The notes under the pieces are model-generated. The model had not been told where the DNA came from and searched no databases. It saw only the letters and a program-made list of their open reading frames with translations. Position numbers and translations under genes: made by a program. Positions 11,680 to 21,104 of a stretch of DNA of 64,000 bases are shown here, piece after piece; position 1 is the first letter of the stretch; each line of letters begins with the position of its first letter. The stretch covers positions 288,001 through 352,000 of the forward strand of contig JBGAHS010000005.1 in the NCBI GenBank assembly GCA_044226015.1, given 5' to 3'. Source of the DNA: Candidatus Obscuribacteraceae bacterium (GTDB taxonomy: Bacteria > Cyanobacteriota > Vampirovibrionia > Obscuribacterales > Obscuribacteraceae).

Positions 11680-13143
11680 TTATTTCTTTGCGTTCGCTTT
11701 AGTTGCAGCGGTCTGCTTTTCGTTTTTTGCGTCCTGATTATCAGGGTCTAGTGCAATTACTTTGTCAAAACATGCCACAGCGTCTTTGTGTTTATTCATA
11801 GCGACGAAGCATCTTGCTTTACCCATCCACGCCTTTGGAGCTTGCTTGTTATGAATGAGAGCTTTATCAAATGCGATCAGTGCCTGGTCATTCTTTTTAC
11901 CAATTAGCAGGCATTCGCCTTTTTCTGTCCACGCTTCAGAACTTTTCTCATTGATTCTCAGAGCGTAGTTGAAGCAGTAGAGAGCATCGTCATGCTTGCC
12001 TTTCTTTCGTGTCGCAAGCCCTTTCTTGTACCATGCGTCGAAGTGTTTCAAATCAAGCTTAGTGACTCCATCGTATAGCTTGATTGCCTCATCAATGTTG
12101 CCTGCTGATTCAGCTCTTTCAGCCTGGCTCATTGCGTCCTCAATCGATTTGATTTCAGCTGCAGTCTTGACCGGTTCAGCTTTTTTGTTTTGCCCCGTCG
12201 ATTTTACTGCTTTGTTTGATTGCGAGCCTGTTATTGCTTTATTTGATTGTGACGAAGTTGACTTCTTTGTATTGTCTTTAATCTGTGTCTTCGGTTCTGA
12301 TTCCAGTTTTGCAGCCATTGGTTCAGCTTTAGCTAGCTCGTTCTCAAGTTTTTTCGCTACGGCTTCTGCTTTTGCAACTTCAGCTTCAAGACGTGCCACT
12401 ACTTGTTGAGCTTTCTCAACCTTGTCGTCTCCAACATCTGTTGCGGGTGCTGTTTTGTGCTCCGAAAGTATTTTTGCAGCCATCTCTTCTTCGCTGATTT
12501 TGCGCTTTGACTCTGGTGTCGCGTCGAAGGACTGAAACATATCAGACACGCCAGAGGAATCACTTGCGATTACCAGTTTTTCTGAGGTTGGGGCGAGAAA
12601 CTCACGTGCAAGCGCAATCTCTTCAGCCTCTTGCTCGCTCATCGCTTTGTTTTCGGTTGCTTTGTTTTCTGCTGGCTTACTTGCGTCAGCAACGGCTCCG
12701 GCAGTCACTGGAACTGCTTCTGGTGCATCTGTTTTTACAACAACTCCATCGTTAGCGGCGCTCTCTGCAGCAGCTTGGCCAGCTTCGTTGTTTTCTTCCA
12801 TGAATACAGGATTTGTATTTTCCCACCACGCCTCTTGTTGAACTACGCCACCCGTCCAGTTTTCGGCTGGTGTGCCTTTGGGTGGCGGTGGTTCCATGCC
12901 TGGCAACAAATCATTGTCCATCACGATGGGCAAGTCGCTTTCGCGCATCTGTCCATCTGCACTTGTACTGGTATTGATGATAAGGCTGCCGAAAAACACG
13001 CCAACTATGAGGCATACCAGCGCGTAAATCAGAAAGCGAATTTCAGATTGATGTTGATACCACTCATAACCCAACATTGCCATCGCGGCAAATGATGGCA
13101 ACATACATAGCCACCAGAGAATGTGGAGTTTTGCCCTGCTCAT
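11680..13143 (-). CDS. Membrane-anchored TPR protein
   Basis: Two N-terminal TM helices, low-complexity/coiled-coil linker, ~4 TPRs (AWYKKG, AWTEKG, AWMGKA...DPDN). Confidence 0.85.
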   Translation of the reverse strand: MSRAKLHILWWLCMLPSFAAMAMLGYEWYQHQSEIRFLIYALVCLIVGVFFGSLIINTSTSADGQMRESDLPIVMDNDLLPGMEPPPPKGTPAENWTGGVVQQEAWWENTNPVFMEENNEAGQAAAESAANDGVVVKTDAPEAVPVTAGAVADASKPAENKATENKAMSEQEAEEIALAREFLAPTSEKLVIASDSSGVSDMFQSFDATPESKRKISEEEMAAKILSEHKTAPATDVGDDKVEKAQQVVARLEAEVAKAEAVAKKLENELAKAEPMAAKLESEPKTQIKDNTKKSTSSQSNKAITGSQSNKAVKSTGQNKKAEPVKTAAEIKSIEDAMSQAERAESAGNIDEAIKLYDGVTKLDLKHFDAWYKKGLATRKKGKHDDALYCFNYALRINEKSSEAWTEKGECLLIGKKNDQALIAFDKALIHNKQAPKAWMGKARCFVAMNKHKDAVACFDKVIALDPDNQDAKNEKQTAATKANAKK

Positions 13144-13329
13144 AACCTGAATCCCTTCTGCTGGCTTCAGCTAGCACTATAACAATTGCTAGAGTTTATA
13201 TTCCAATAAGTGCAGGGGAATCAACACTTTTACTGCTGCTTGACATTGCGGAACTGTATTAAATTAATACGCTAGTGAACATGACCCATACTGGCGTGCA
13301 TGGGCCACACTAAATTCGAGTTCGAAATC

Positions 13330-13683
13330 CTAGAGCCTGATGGCATCTTGAGCGATTGCTCGGTCGCTGCTGAAATTGACAAGAATTATTATCAGATATG
13401 GCGGTCGACCCTCCTGGGTTTCAAGCCCGCAACCCTCTCGGAAGCCAAGTTCTGCCCCTTCATTCTTGAGAGCTTCATTCAAGGATTCAATCAGCTCATC
13501 GACGGCAAGCAGACCCCCGTGTTCGAAAGCCGATCTGAAAGCTGGAGCGGCCAGGTCACATCGTTCGCTGTAGCGCGTCAGCTGATTAGGAGAAATCTGT
13601 TTGATCCTGGCGTCCACCAGGTAATTAACGTAATCGAGTGTCTGTTTTATCAGCTTCTGATCAATCATGGTTTTAACTTGCAT
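13330..13683 (-). CDS. Small hypothetical protein downstream of large effector-like gene
   Basis: ATG 13683 with SD GGAG 6 nt upstream; co-oriented, ~50 nt after the 1218-aa gene. Confidence 0.65.
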   Translation of the reverse strand: MQVKTMIDQKLIKQTLDYVNYLVDARIKQISPNQLTRYSERCDLAAPAFRSAFEHGGLLAVDELIESLNEALKNEGAELGFREGCGLETQEGRPPYLIIILVNFSSDRAIAQDAIRL

Positions 13684-13734
13684 GTTCAACTCCGCAATTA
13701 TAGAACCTCATTTTGTGAACGTCTTCCACTTTCA

Positions 13735-16700
13735 TCACCTGTAGCTCCATTGTGGTCGGGGCATTGATTTGTATGTTGGAACCGATGATGAGCTGCGTTC
13801 GCGCACGGCGTTGTATGTTTGTGTTGTGTTAGTCGTGCGTGCAGACTGATTAACCGCGCGTGGTACCACTGTGCCGAGGGCGTCGTTATTGCCGCTTCCC
13901 ACGTATGAGGTTTTGTGCATCAATGCGATTTTGTTGCTGTTCACATTCGTATTGAGGGCATTCTTGTCGCCACGTGCCCAAGCTTCAATATCGGTAATGT
14001 GACCCATGATTTTATCTGAGTCTTCACTGTGTTGGTCGTCTTGAATCAGATACCACTTTCCGTCAACCCTGCGCACTGTTTGAGAGCGCAGGTGTCCAGG
14101 GGTGTAGCTGAGGACGGTGCCTTTTTCAAGCATGCTTTGTGTGTAGTTGTTGTTCAAGAGATGCCCGCTGCTGTGGTCCTGGAACGACCTGTCAACCGGG
14201 AAGTCTCCAGTCACCATGTACATGATGTCTCTGGTTCCACGAGTCCAACCTTGTCCGACTAGATTTGCAGTTTCATACAGTCCGCCATCCACGTCAAACT
14301 CACGGCGAGAGCCTGAGAGTATTGGAAGTGTGTAGTCAAATATCTTGCTGACAGGGCTGCGGTCGCCCCATATTTGTGTTTTGAAATTGCCTTCGTCTCT
14401 CCATTCAGTTGTGGCAGTTTCTATCGTCCACTTGCTCTCTTGTTTGTTACCTGTGAAGGAGAGCAACTTTGGTGAAAACGTGTATGTGAGTGGTTTGGCG
14501 TCCTTCTCGCCGCTATTCTTTGTGGTGTAGGAACCATTCAATGTGACTTGTTTGAGATAATCAGCCATTGCACCGGGGTGCTGGGTCATCCCCCAGATTT
14601 GTCCGGATTCTATCCAACATGTGCCGTGTCCATTCGGGTCTTTGTCAGATGCAGGACCCTGGTCGATGCAGGTGGGCTCCATCGCGTTGAACATGAAGTT
14701 TTCCGCGAGTTTGACACGTGTCTTCTGGTCGAAGAAAGTGTTCTCGTTGCCTGTGGCTACCATTTGCCTGATGCTGTCGTAGGTGCCCTGAACTTCTTTA
14801 GTAGTTTCGTCATCGATGAATTCTGACGACTTCACTTTCGCCAGCTTTCGCATGTAGGCGCGGTCGGCCATGCGATTTTCAAAGTTCTTCATCATGGTTT
14901 CCATTCGCTTGAAGTTAGCTTCAGGAAGTTTGTCTTTCAATTCCTCAAGTAGACCTTCGCGAGCCTCTTCAACACTTTCTGACAGTGCACCGTCGCCACC
15001 ATCACCGCCACCAAGTCTTGCAACGCGATCTTTTCCGCCATCTTTGTTTTTGTATGTGTATTCACCGCTTCCATCCGGCGAAAGTTTTACGTTTTCTCTG
15101 ACTTTGGGTTTGCCATCTGAGCCCAGTGTGATGAAGTCATTGCTGGTGCCGCTCTTGCGAGACCAGCTTTCTGTCTTGTCTCCCTTGCTGCCTTTTTTGA
15201 CATCGATTATTTCAACCGGGGCCTTATTTGGACCTTCACTATCATAGCGGAATGTTCTTACGTCGCCACGAGGGTTGATCACTTTAAGCGGCGATCCATC
15301 TTTATCTCTAGTCACGCTATTGAAGTTAGCTTGCTCAAGTGTACTTGAGCCGTCCTTGCGCTTGATACTGATGTCACCATCTTTGCTGATATCAACTGAG
15401 CTAATGTCGTCACCGGGTTTGCGGTCAAGCACTGCTCTTTTGGAATCTTTGTTTTCATCAGTGATGCGATTTATGCTGCCGTCAGCATTGCGCTCGATGT
15501 TTCTTACAGAATTGCCCTTAGTAATGCGGTCAATTTGTTGCCGGTCATTCAGTTCTAACTGCACTCCATCTTTTCGAGTGATAGATTCTTTTCCATCAGG
15601 GCGAATCGAATGGCGACTTCCATCTTCAGCTGTGAAGGAGACCTCACATTTTTCATTTATAGAAACGTCCTTTTTCACGCCGGGGAAACGTGCTGAGTCA
15701 GACTTCCAGCTTTCGCCTTCTTTTGTCCAGGAGGTGCGTTCACCCGTGCGCGGATTGTTGACCGAAATTTTGCTGTCGGAAATTTCGGCTGAAGTACCGT
15801 CTTTCGAAAGTGCCTTCACCAATTTTCCATCCGAATAGGACAGTCTCGAGCCGTCATTTCCAATCTGGTCGCGCGTGACTTTTCCATCTGGCCACATCGT
15901 GTACCAGCGGCCATCTTTGTCAGCCTCTTGAACCGAGTTGCCCTCTGGCTTGTAGGAGTAAATTCCTCCTGCACCAAGTTTGATGTCTCCGTTCCAGATT
16001 TGTCCGTTGTCAGTTCTCCAGGAGTTAGAGCCTTCTTTGTCTCTGGTAAATGAGCTGCTTGTATTTTTGTCCAGATCTTTTACTGTGGCTTTCTTGATTT
16101 CATTACTGTTATCGAAGTACTCGAATTCACGTACTTTTTTACCGTAATCGATTGATTTGATCCTGTTCTTATCATCCAGCTGAATTTTGGCTGACCCTTC
16201 TCCCTGAACGTTGAGGCTGCCATCTCCGTTGAGTACAAACTTGAGTTTGTCTGGACCATCCCAGCTTGTCACTCCATTGGTATCAACCTTGAAATTGCTT
16301 CGCTTTTGAGCAGGCTGACCATCGCTGACCCAGTTACTATCATCGGTTTTTTTCCAAGTGATGCTGCGATTGCTGTTAGGAAGCGTTTCTATCATCTGCT
16401 TTCCATCTTCAGAAACTTGGATGCTAGAGCCATCTTTTCTGGTGAGCTTTTCTACCTGATTGTTGTTGTAGAAAGCCATTCTCGAACCATCTGGCAGATT
16501 CTTCTCTTGAACTGAACTGCCGTCTGGTTTCTCACGTCGAAACACACCGTTTTGCATCTCGAAGCTTACTTCACCGCGGTCATTTGCTTCAATTTTGCCG
16601 GGCATTTGTAGTTCCATGCCCTGAACTCTGGCATACCATTGATCGCCTTTGCGGACCATGTGCATGGTGCCACTCTGGTCTTTAGTAATGATTTCCTGCG

Positions 16701-17385
16701 CACGCCCGTCGGAACCCATGATCAGATCACGAGTTTTTGTGCTGTTCGGATATTCAATGTGTATCTTGTTTCCATCTCTTGTGATGGGAGCTTTGGCTTG
16801 CTCTGCTGATGATTGTTCTTTTTCAGCCTTGTCCTGCGTGCGCGGAGTTTCAGCTGCTGGTTCTTCTAACTCTGAATGAAATTCTGCATTGTCTTCGGCT
16901 TCAGGCTTGACCTTCTTCTCTTCAGGTTTTTCGTTAGGAGACTTGTCGAACTTGCCTATTTTGAGATCTGGCAGCTGTGCGAAGTTGCTGAAGTTATAAC
17001 TGGTCAAGTAATCATATGGTTTGTCCTTTGGCTTGCTTGCATCGGTGGTCGAAGGTTCTGTCTTTGCAGCATCGGCTCTCGTTTCTACCTTCTTGCCATT
17101 GTCTGCGGTGGCATCAGACTTTGGAAAGCTGCCTGGAGGGCGCAACCACGCAGGAGTTGAGCTCAGGTCAGTAATTTGCGCCTGCAATCTTGGTCCGAAT
17201 ATCTCCGAATGCATTTTCAAATATGACCCTTTGAACGGGTCACTTGCAGCAGCATCAGATTTGGTGTCGCTGCTACGCTCGACGTCGCGAGCCGCTGCAG
17301 AAAGCGCATCAGAGCTATCTACCTGCTTTTCCTTGTCTTTATCTTTTTCTTGTGAATCGTCCTGAAATTCACGATTTTGCGGCAT
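13735..17385 (-). CDS. Large repeat-rich protein with putative C-terminal papain-fold cysteine peptidase domain
   Basis: ATG 17385 with SD GAGGGA (TTG 17391 alternative); disordered N-terminus, ~600 aa of DG-turn beta repeats, C-terminal IDQG...GTCW, PGH and QDDQH motifs; no signal peptide. Confidence 0.65.
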   Translation of the reverse strand: MPQNREFQDDSQEKDKDKEKQVDSSDALSAAARDVERSSDTKSDAAASDPFKGSYLKMHSEIFGPRLQAQITDLSSTPAWLRPPGSFPKSDATADNGKKVETRADAAKTEPSTTDASKPKDKPYDYLTSYNFSNFAQLPDLKIGKFDKSPNEKPEEKKVKPEAEDNAEFHSELEEPAAETPRTQDKAEKEQSSAEQAKAPITRDGNKIHIEYPNSTKTRDLIMGSDGRAQEIITKDQSGTMHMVRKGDQWYARVQGMELQMPGKIEANDRGEVSFEMQNGVFRREKPDGSSVQEKNLPDGSRMAFYNNNQVEKLTRKDGSSIQVSEDGKQMIETLPNSNRSITWKKTDDSNWVSDGQPAQKRSNFKVDTNGVTSWDGPDKLKFVLNGDGSLNVQGEGSAKIQLDDKNRIKSIDYGKKVREFEYFDNSNEIKKATVKDLDKNTSSSFTRDKEGSNSWRTDNGQIWNGDIKLGAGGIYSYKPEGNSVQEADKDGRWYTMWPDGKVTRDQIGNDGSRLSYSDGKLVKALSKDGTSAEISDSKISVNNPRTGERTSWTKEGESWKSDSARFPGVKKDVSINEKCEVSFTAEDGSRHSIRPDGKESITRKDGVQLELNDRQQIDRITKGNSVRNIERNADGSINRITDENKDSKRAVLDRKPGDDISSVDISKDGDISIKRKDGSSTLEQANFNSVTRDKDGSPLKVINPRGDVRTFRYDSEGPNKAPVEIIDVKKGSKGDKTESWSRKSGTSNDFITLGSDGKPKVRENVKLSPDGSGEYTYKNKDGGKDRVARLGGGDGGDGALSESVEEAREGLLEELKDKLPEANFKRMETMMKNFENRMADRAYMRKLAKVKSSEFIDDETTKEVQGTYDSIRQMVATGNENTFFDQKTRVKLAENFMFNAMEPTCIDQGPASDKDPNGHGTCWIESGQIWGMTQHPGAMADYLKQVTLNGSYTTKNSGEKDAKPLTYTFSPKLLSFTGNKQESKWTIETATTEWRDEGNFKTQIWGDRSPVSKIFDYTLPILSGSRREFDVDGGLYETANLVGQGWTRGTRDIMYMVTGDFPVDRSFQDHSSGHLLNNNYTQSMLEKGTVLSYTPGHLRSQTVRRVDGKWYLIQDDQHSEDSDKIMGHITDIEAWARGDKNALNTNVNSNKIALMHKTSYVGSGNNDALGTVVPRAVNQSARTTNTTQTYNAVRERSSSSVPTYKSMPRPQWSYR

Positions 17386-17887
17386 GAACAAATCCCTCGT
17401 AAAGTGACTGGATTTTGTTCAATAGCTGAATTAGAGCAGGGGACTGCTCTTGTTGCGCGACAGTCTTTTTCAAGACTAGTAATTAGAACGCCAGTAAAAT
17501 GTCGCGATGAATTTAATTGAGCTATTAAACAAATCGACATGCGCCGATGCGACGTCGAGTCTCAGCCCATCACGTGTGCCTTTGCCATCGATGTGCCTCC
17601 TGAGTCATCGAAGTCAATAAGCTATAACTCCTATTTTCGACTCACCCGTAAGAGCGTCAAATAGGAAACCTCACTTGAGGTTATATGTCAGCAATTTTCG
17701 AACCTTTTCCTGATTGCCTTTTTCTTGCCCTGCAACCTTGATGGAATTAATATCACATCGATTTGTTGCAAACTTGTGAAATGCTTCTTTGCTTAGCTTC
17801 GTATTTTCCGCATAAAATAAGTTTTTAACTTACTGAGGAACTGAAATTCCACAGAAGTGTTTCAACGAAATCGTTAATAAGCAGGAG

Positions 17888-18943
17888 ATGCGAATGATAA
17901 AGATGTCAGTTGGGAAAAGTGCTAGAGCTATTTTGCTTGCCTATACATTGATAGCTTCAATAGCTTTGGATTGCACCAATGCATTCGCGGCTCCACCGTC
18001 AGCACCTGCTTCTCCAGCAAAACTGACTAGCGCAAAAACAAAATCAAACTCAAAAGAAGCTGCCAAAGAACTTTCGGCAAAGTCTTATGCAAAGCCAGGC
18101 AGCAAGATATTTTTGTGGAAAGCCAGTTCGGAATCAGGACCAACGCTATATCTTTTGGGCACCATTCACGTTTTCAAAAACGTTTACTATCCACTTCCTG
18201 ATGATATGGAGAATGCTTTCAAAAGGGCTCGCGCACTACTGGTTGAAATTGATATCAGCAAATCCGATCCTGAAGTGACGAAGCAACTCGTTAATCAGAA
18301 AGGAGTTTATGGTGCTGGAGACAATATCACAAACCACATAAGTCCAGAGACTGCCAAACTTTTGCAAGACTACTGCGTCAAGTCCGGAATGCCGTTTGCA
18401 AATATAGCAAGACTAAAACCATGGGTAGTTGCTTTGACTATAACCCAGCAGGAACTGCAGCGTTTGGGCTATAGCATTAATGCGGGAATTGACAGGCACT
18501 TCATTGATGAGGCAAATGGCATTGGTAAGAAAGTCATCGGAATCGAGACCGAAGAATTTCAACTGGGTGTGTTTACTTCACTGTCAGAAGAGCTACAAGA
18601 CAAAATGCTCAAATTGACGCTGGTTGATATGAATCTGCTGCCACAAGATGCTGGCGATATGATGAAAGCCTGGTTTCAGGGAAATGAATCGGCACTAGAC
18701 CAGTTAATGACGAAGGACGTAAGAGAGCATCCTGATCTTGCGCCATTAGACGAGAAGCTTCTTTATGAGCGAAATGTCTCAATGGAAAAGACTTTGGAAT
18801 CTTACTTGAAGGGTTCGCCTTCCGATGTGTTCTTAGTTGCAATTGGCTCGGGACATCTTGCTGGAGCTAGAAGCGTTATCGATATTCTGAAACAGAAAGG
18901 CTATAAGGTAGAGCAGCTAAGTGCAGGTTCGCTGAAAGAATAG
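17888..18943 (+). CDS. TraB/GumN (Tiki-like) family protein, secreted
   Basis: LYLLGTIH, GID, GIET.E.Q, LL.ERN..M, AIGSGHL motifs; signal peptide. Confidence 0.92.
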   Translation: MRMIKMSVGKSARAILLAYTLIASIALDCTNAFAAPPSAPASPAKLTSAKTKSNSKEAAKELSAKSYAKPGSKIFLWKASSESGPTLYLLGTIHVFKNVYYPLPDDMENAFKRARALLVEIDISKSDPEVTKQLVNQKGVYGAGDNITNHISPETAKLLQDYCVKSGMPFANIARLKPWVVALTITQQELQRLGYSINAGIDRHFIDEANGIGKKVIGIETEEFQLGVFTSLSEELQDKMLKLTLVDMNLLPQDAGDMMKAWFQGNESALDQLMTKDVREHPDLAPLDEKLLYERNVSMEKTLESYLKGSPSDVFLVAIGSGHLAGARSVIDILKQKGYKVEQLSAGSLKE

Positions 18944-21037
18944 TTAGTCTTTTCCATCATCTGCATCAAGTTTTTCAGTTACCGCTTTTGCTTCCTCAGC
19001 CAGTGCCTTAGATTTCTGTGCCCATTCGGCTTCCGGCATTTTTCTATAGAGATCAGCTAGTGCCAGGAGGCAATCTCTATAGGTTTCGCCCTTACCGAGA
19101 TGCTCAGCACTCCATCTGGTGGCATCTTCCAATTCCTGTTTTGCTTTAGCGAGATTGTTGTTGCTTGCGTTCAGAACGCCAAAAAGGAAGTTAGCTTCTA
19201 TTTTTAGGCTCCACCCTTCTCTCGTAGCCGGATTTTTCGGAGCATGTTCGACAGCTTCAGCAAGAATGGCTTTTTGCTCATCCGTGCGCAATTGTTGGCG
19301 GTAAACATCCGCCAGTTGAATTCTAAATCGAGAGCGGAACGTGCCTTCACGTAAATTTAGCAGGTCGAAGACTCTGATCGCGCGTTTTAGAAGATTCTCT
19401 TGTTTCGTTCGCGCCCTGATAGCTAATTTGTCAGCACAGTGTGAAATTCGCTCACCGAAAGCCACAGCTAATCTTGCTCTTTGTTCACGTTGTACATTGG
19501 TAGATACCGGCTGCTCCCATTCTTTTAAGAGCTTCATCAGTGCTTCATATTCGGTGTTCACTTTCTGATTTGCAAGTGTTACGAGGTCGTTGTTGACCTC
19601 TTCAAGCTTTGCTGCGTCGTGGTTGCGTCCGTAGGCTTCAACTTCCTTTTGCAGAGTGGTCTCTAGTTTGCGACCATCATCACCAAACTTTCTGGCGATG
19701 TCTTCGCATTTCTCAAGCATGTCGGCAGCCTTTGCATACTCTTCCTTTCGCATCAGCTCATCCGCGTAAGCGATTCCCCATTGCCAGCGCAGTTTGTCAT
19801 AGAGAGCGCCCGTGTCTCCTGGAGGTCCCTGAAAAAAGAAGAGAAGCCAGAAAGCCGCAATCAAAGCCGAGCAGATGGAAGCAGTTCCCAGATAGATTGT
19901 AGTCTTACTGACCTTCTTTTTTGCATCTTTGTCTTGAAATCTGTAATTCTCTCCACTGTCATCGCTTAGCTCGGGAACTCGTGGTACTGGTATCGCTCCG
20001 ACTTTGAGTCCTTTCAATCCCGCTGCGTAGGAAGCATCAAACAGCGCCTGTCTGAGTTCGCCGGCTGACTGAAAGCGCTTAGCTGGTGATTTTTCCAGGC
20101 ACTTCAATATTACGGCGTCTAGCTCTGCTGGCACTTCTACGGCTGCTGTAAGTGTCAGCGGTTTTGGTTTTTCGTTGACGTGTTTAACGGCTGTGTTGAC
20201 GAAAGTTGGTCCTACTAGTGGTGGCATGCCGGCGAGGCATTCATACATCAGGCAGCCAAATGAGTATATGTCACTGCGTGCGTCAAGCTGCCTGCCCTGA
20301 CATTGTTCGGGGCTCATGTAAGCAGGGGTGCCGAATATTTCACCTGTTTGTGTCAGTTGTTGTTGTTTTCGGATTTCCTCATCAGATGCCTTTTTAACAA
20401 GTTTTGCTATACCAAAGTCAACCAGTTTTACTGACTTACTTCCATCATCCTGTTTGATAAGCACCAGATTTGATGGCTTCACATCTCTGTGAACGATTCC
20501 TTTCTTATGAGCATGGTCGAGTCCTTCACAGACCTGAGTAAAGATATCCACTGCCTCTTGCAGTTGCAGATGACCTTTCTTTTGCAGAACGTCATCGAGA
20601 CTTTCACCTTCAAGGCAGTCCATAATAAAGAATGCCCGACCGTCTGCTGTCACTCCATAATCATGAACTGTAACCACATTTGGGTGTGACAGAGCACTAG
20701 CGGCTTGTGCCTCCAGTTGAAATCGTGCAGCGGCGACAGGGTCTTCGGCACCGAGGTAATGCAGCAGTTTAATTGCTACAACCCGTTTCATGAAAATGTG
20801 CCTGGCCTTGTACACACGGCTCATGCCGCCTTCTCCAAGCACAGATAGAATTTCATATTTGTCGGCGAAAATACTTCCGATTGTGATGTCGCCACTCTGG
20901 GATGCTGCCGTTGGCAAGAGCGCGCCATTATCGGCCGGACACATTGTCGTTCCAGCTGGATATTCTTTGCTGCAGATGGCACATTTAAGTGCCATTGGAT
21001 GCTCCGCCAAAGCTGAGTCCCCTAATCCCATTCTCAT
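18944..21037 (-). CDS. Ser/Thr protein kinase with N-terminal Zn-ribbon-like motif, TM and TPR-like C-terminus
   Basis: CAIC...CPAD; GEGGMS, VAIK, HRDVKPSN, DFG, GTPAYMSPEQ; TM segment. True start may be a later Met. Confidence 0.93.
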   Translation of the reverse strand: MRMGLGDSALAEHPMALKCAICSKEYPAGTTMCPADNGALLPTAASQSGDITIGSIFADKYEILSVLGEGGMSRVYKARHIFMKRVVAIKLLHYLGAEDPVAAARFQLEAQAASALSHPNVVTVHDYGVTADGRAFFIMDCLEGESLDDVLQKKGHLQLQEAVDIFTQVCEGLDHAHKKGIVHRDVKPSNLVLIKQDDGSKSVKLVDFGIAKLVKKASDEEIRKQQQLTQTGEIFGTPAYMSPEQCQGRQLDARSDIYSFGCLMYECLAGMPPLVGPTFVNTAVKHVNEKPKPLTLTAAVEVPAELDAVILKCLEKSPAKRFQSAGELRQALFDASYAAGLKGLKVGAIPVPRVPELSDDSGENYRFQDKDAKKKVSKTTIYLGTASICSALIAAFWLLFFFQGPPGDTGALYDKLRWQWGIAYADELMRKEEYAKAADMLEKCEDIARKFGDDGRKLETTLQKEVEAYGRNHDAAKLEEVNNDLVTLANQKVNTEYEALMKLLKEWEQPVSTNVQREQRARLAVAFGERISHCADKLAIRARTKQENLLKRAIRVFDLLNLREGTFRSRFRIQLADVYRQQLRTDEQKAILAEAVEHAPKNPATREGWSLKIEANFLFGVLNASNNNLAKAKQELEDATRWSAEHLGKGETYRDCLLALADLYRKMPEAEWAQKSKALAEEAKAVTEKLDADDGKD

Positions 21038-21104
21038 TGTACCTGACGTGACTGAAACTGAGTGATCTCAGTCTAGCAAACAAAACTTTCAGGGCGGTTT
21101 CAGA

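Noticed and set aside
13300..13767. 155-aa plus-strand ORF
   Set aside because: Overlaps the 3' end of the large gene and the SD-supported minus ORF; no SD. Not fully excluded.
17690..17735. GGCAA...CGAAA on minus strand as c-di-GMP-I riboswitch
   Set aside because: Lacks GGCAAA-stem-GAAA-stem-GACGCAAA organisation.
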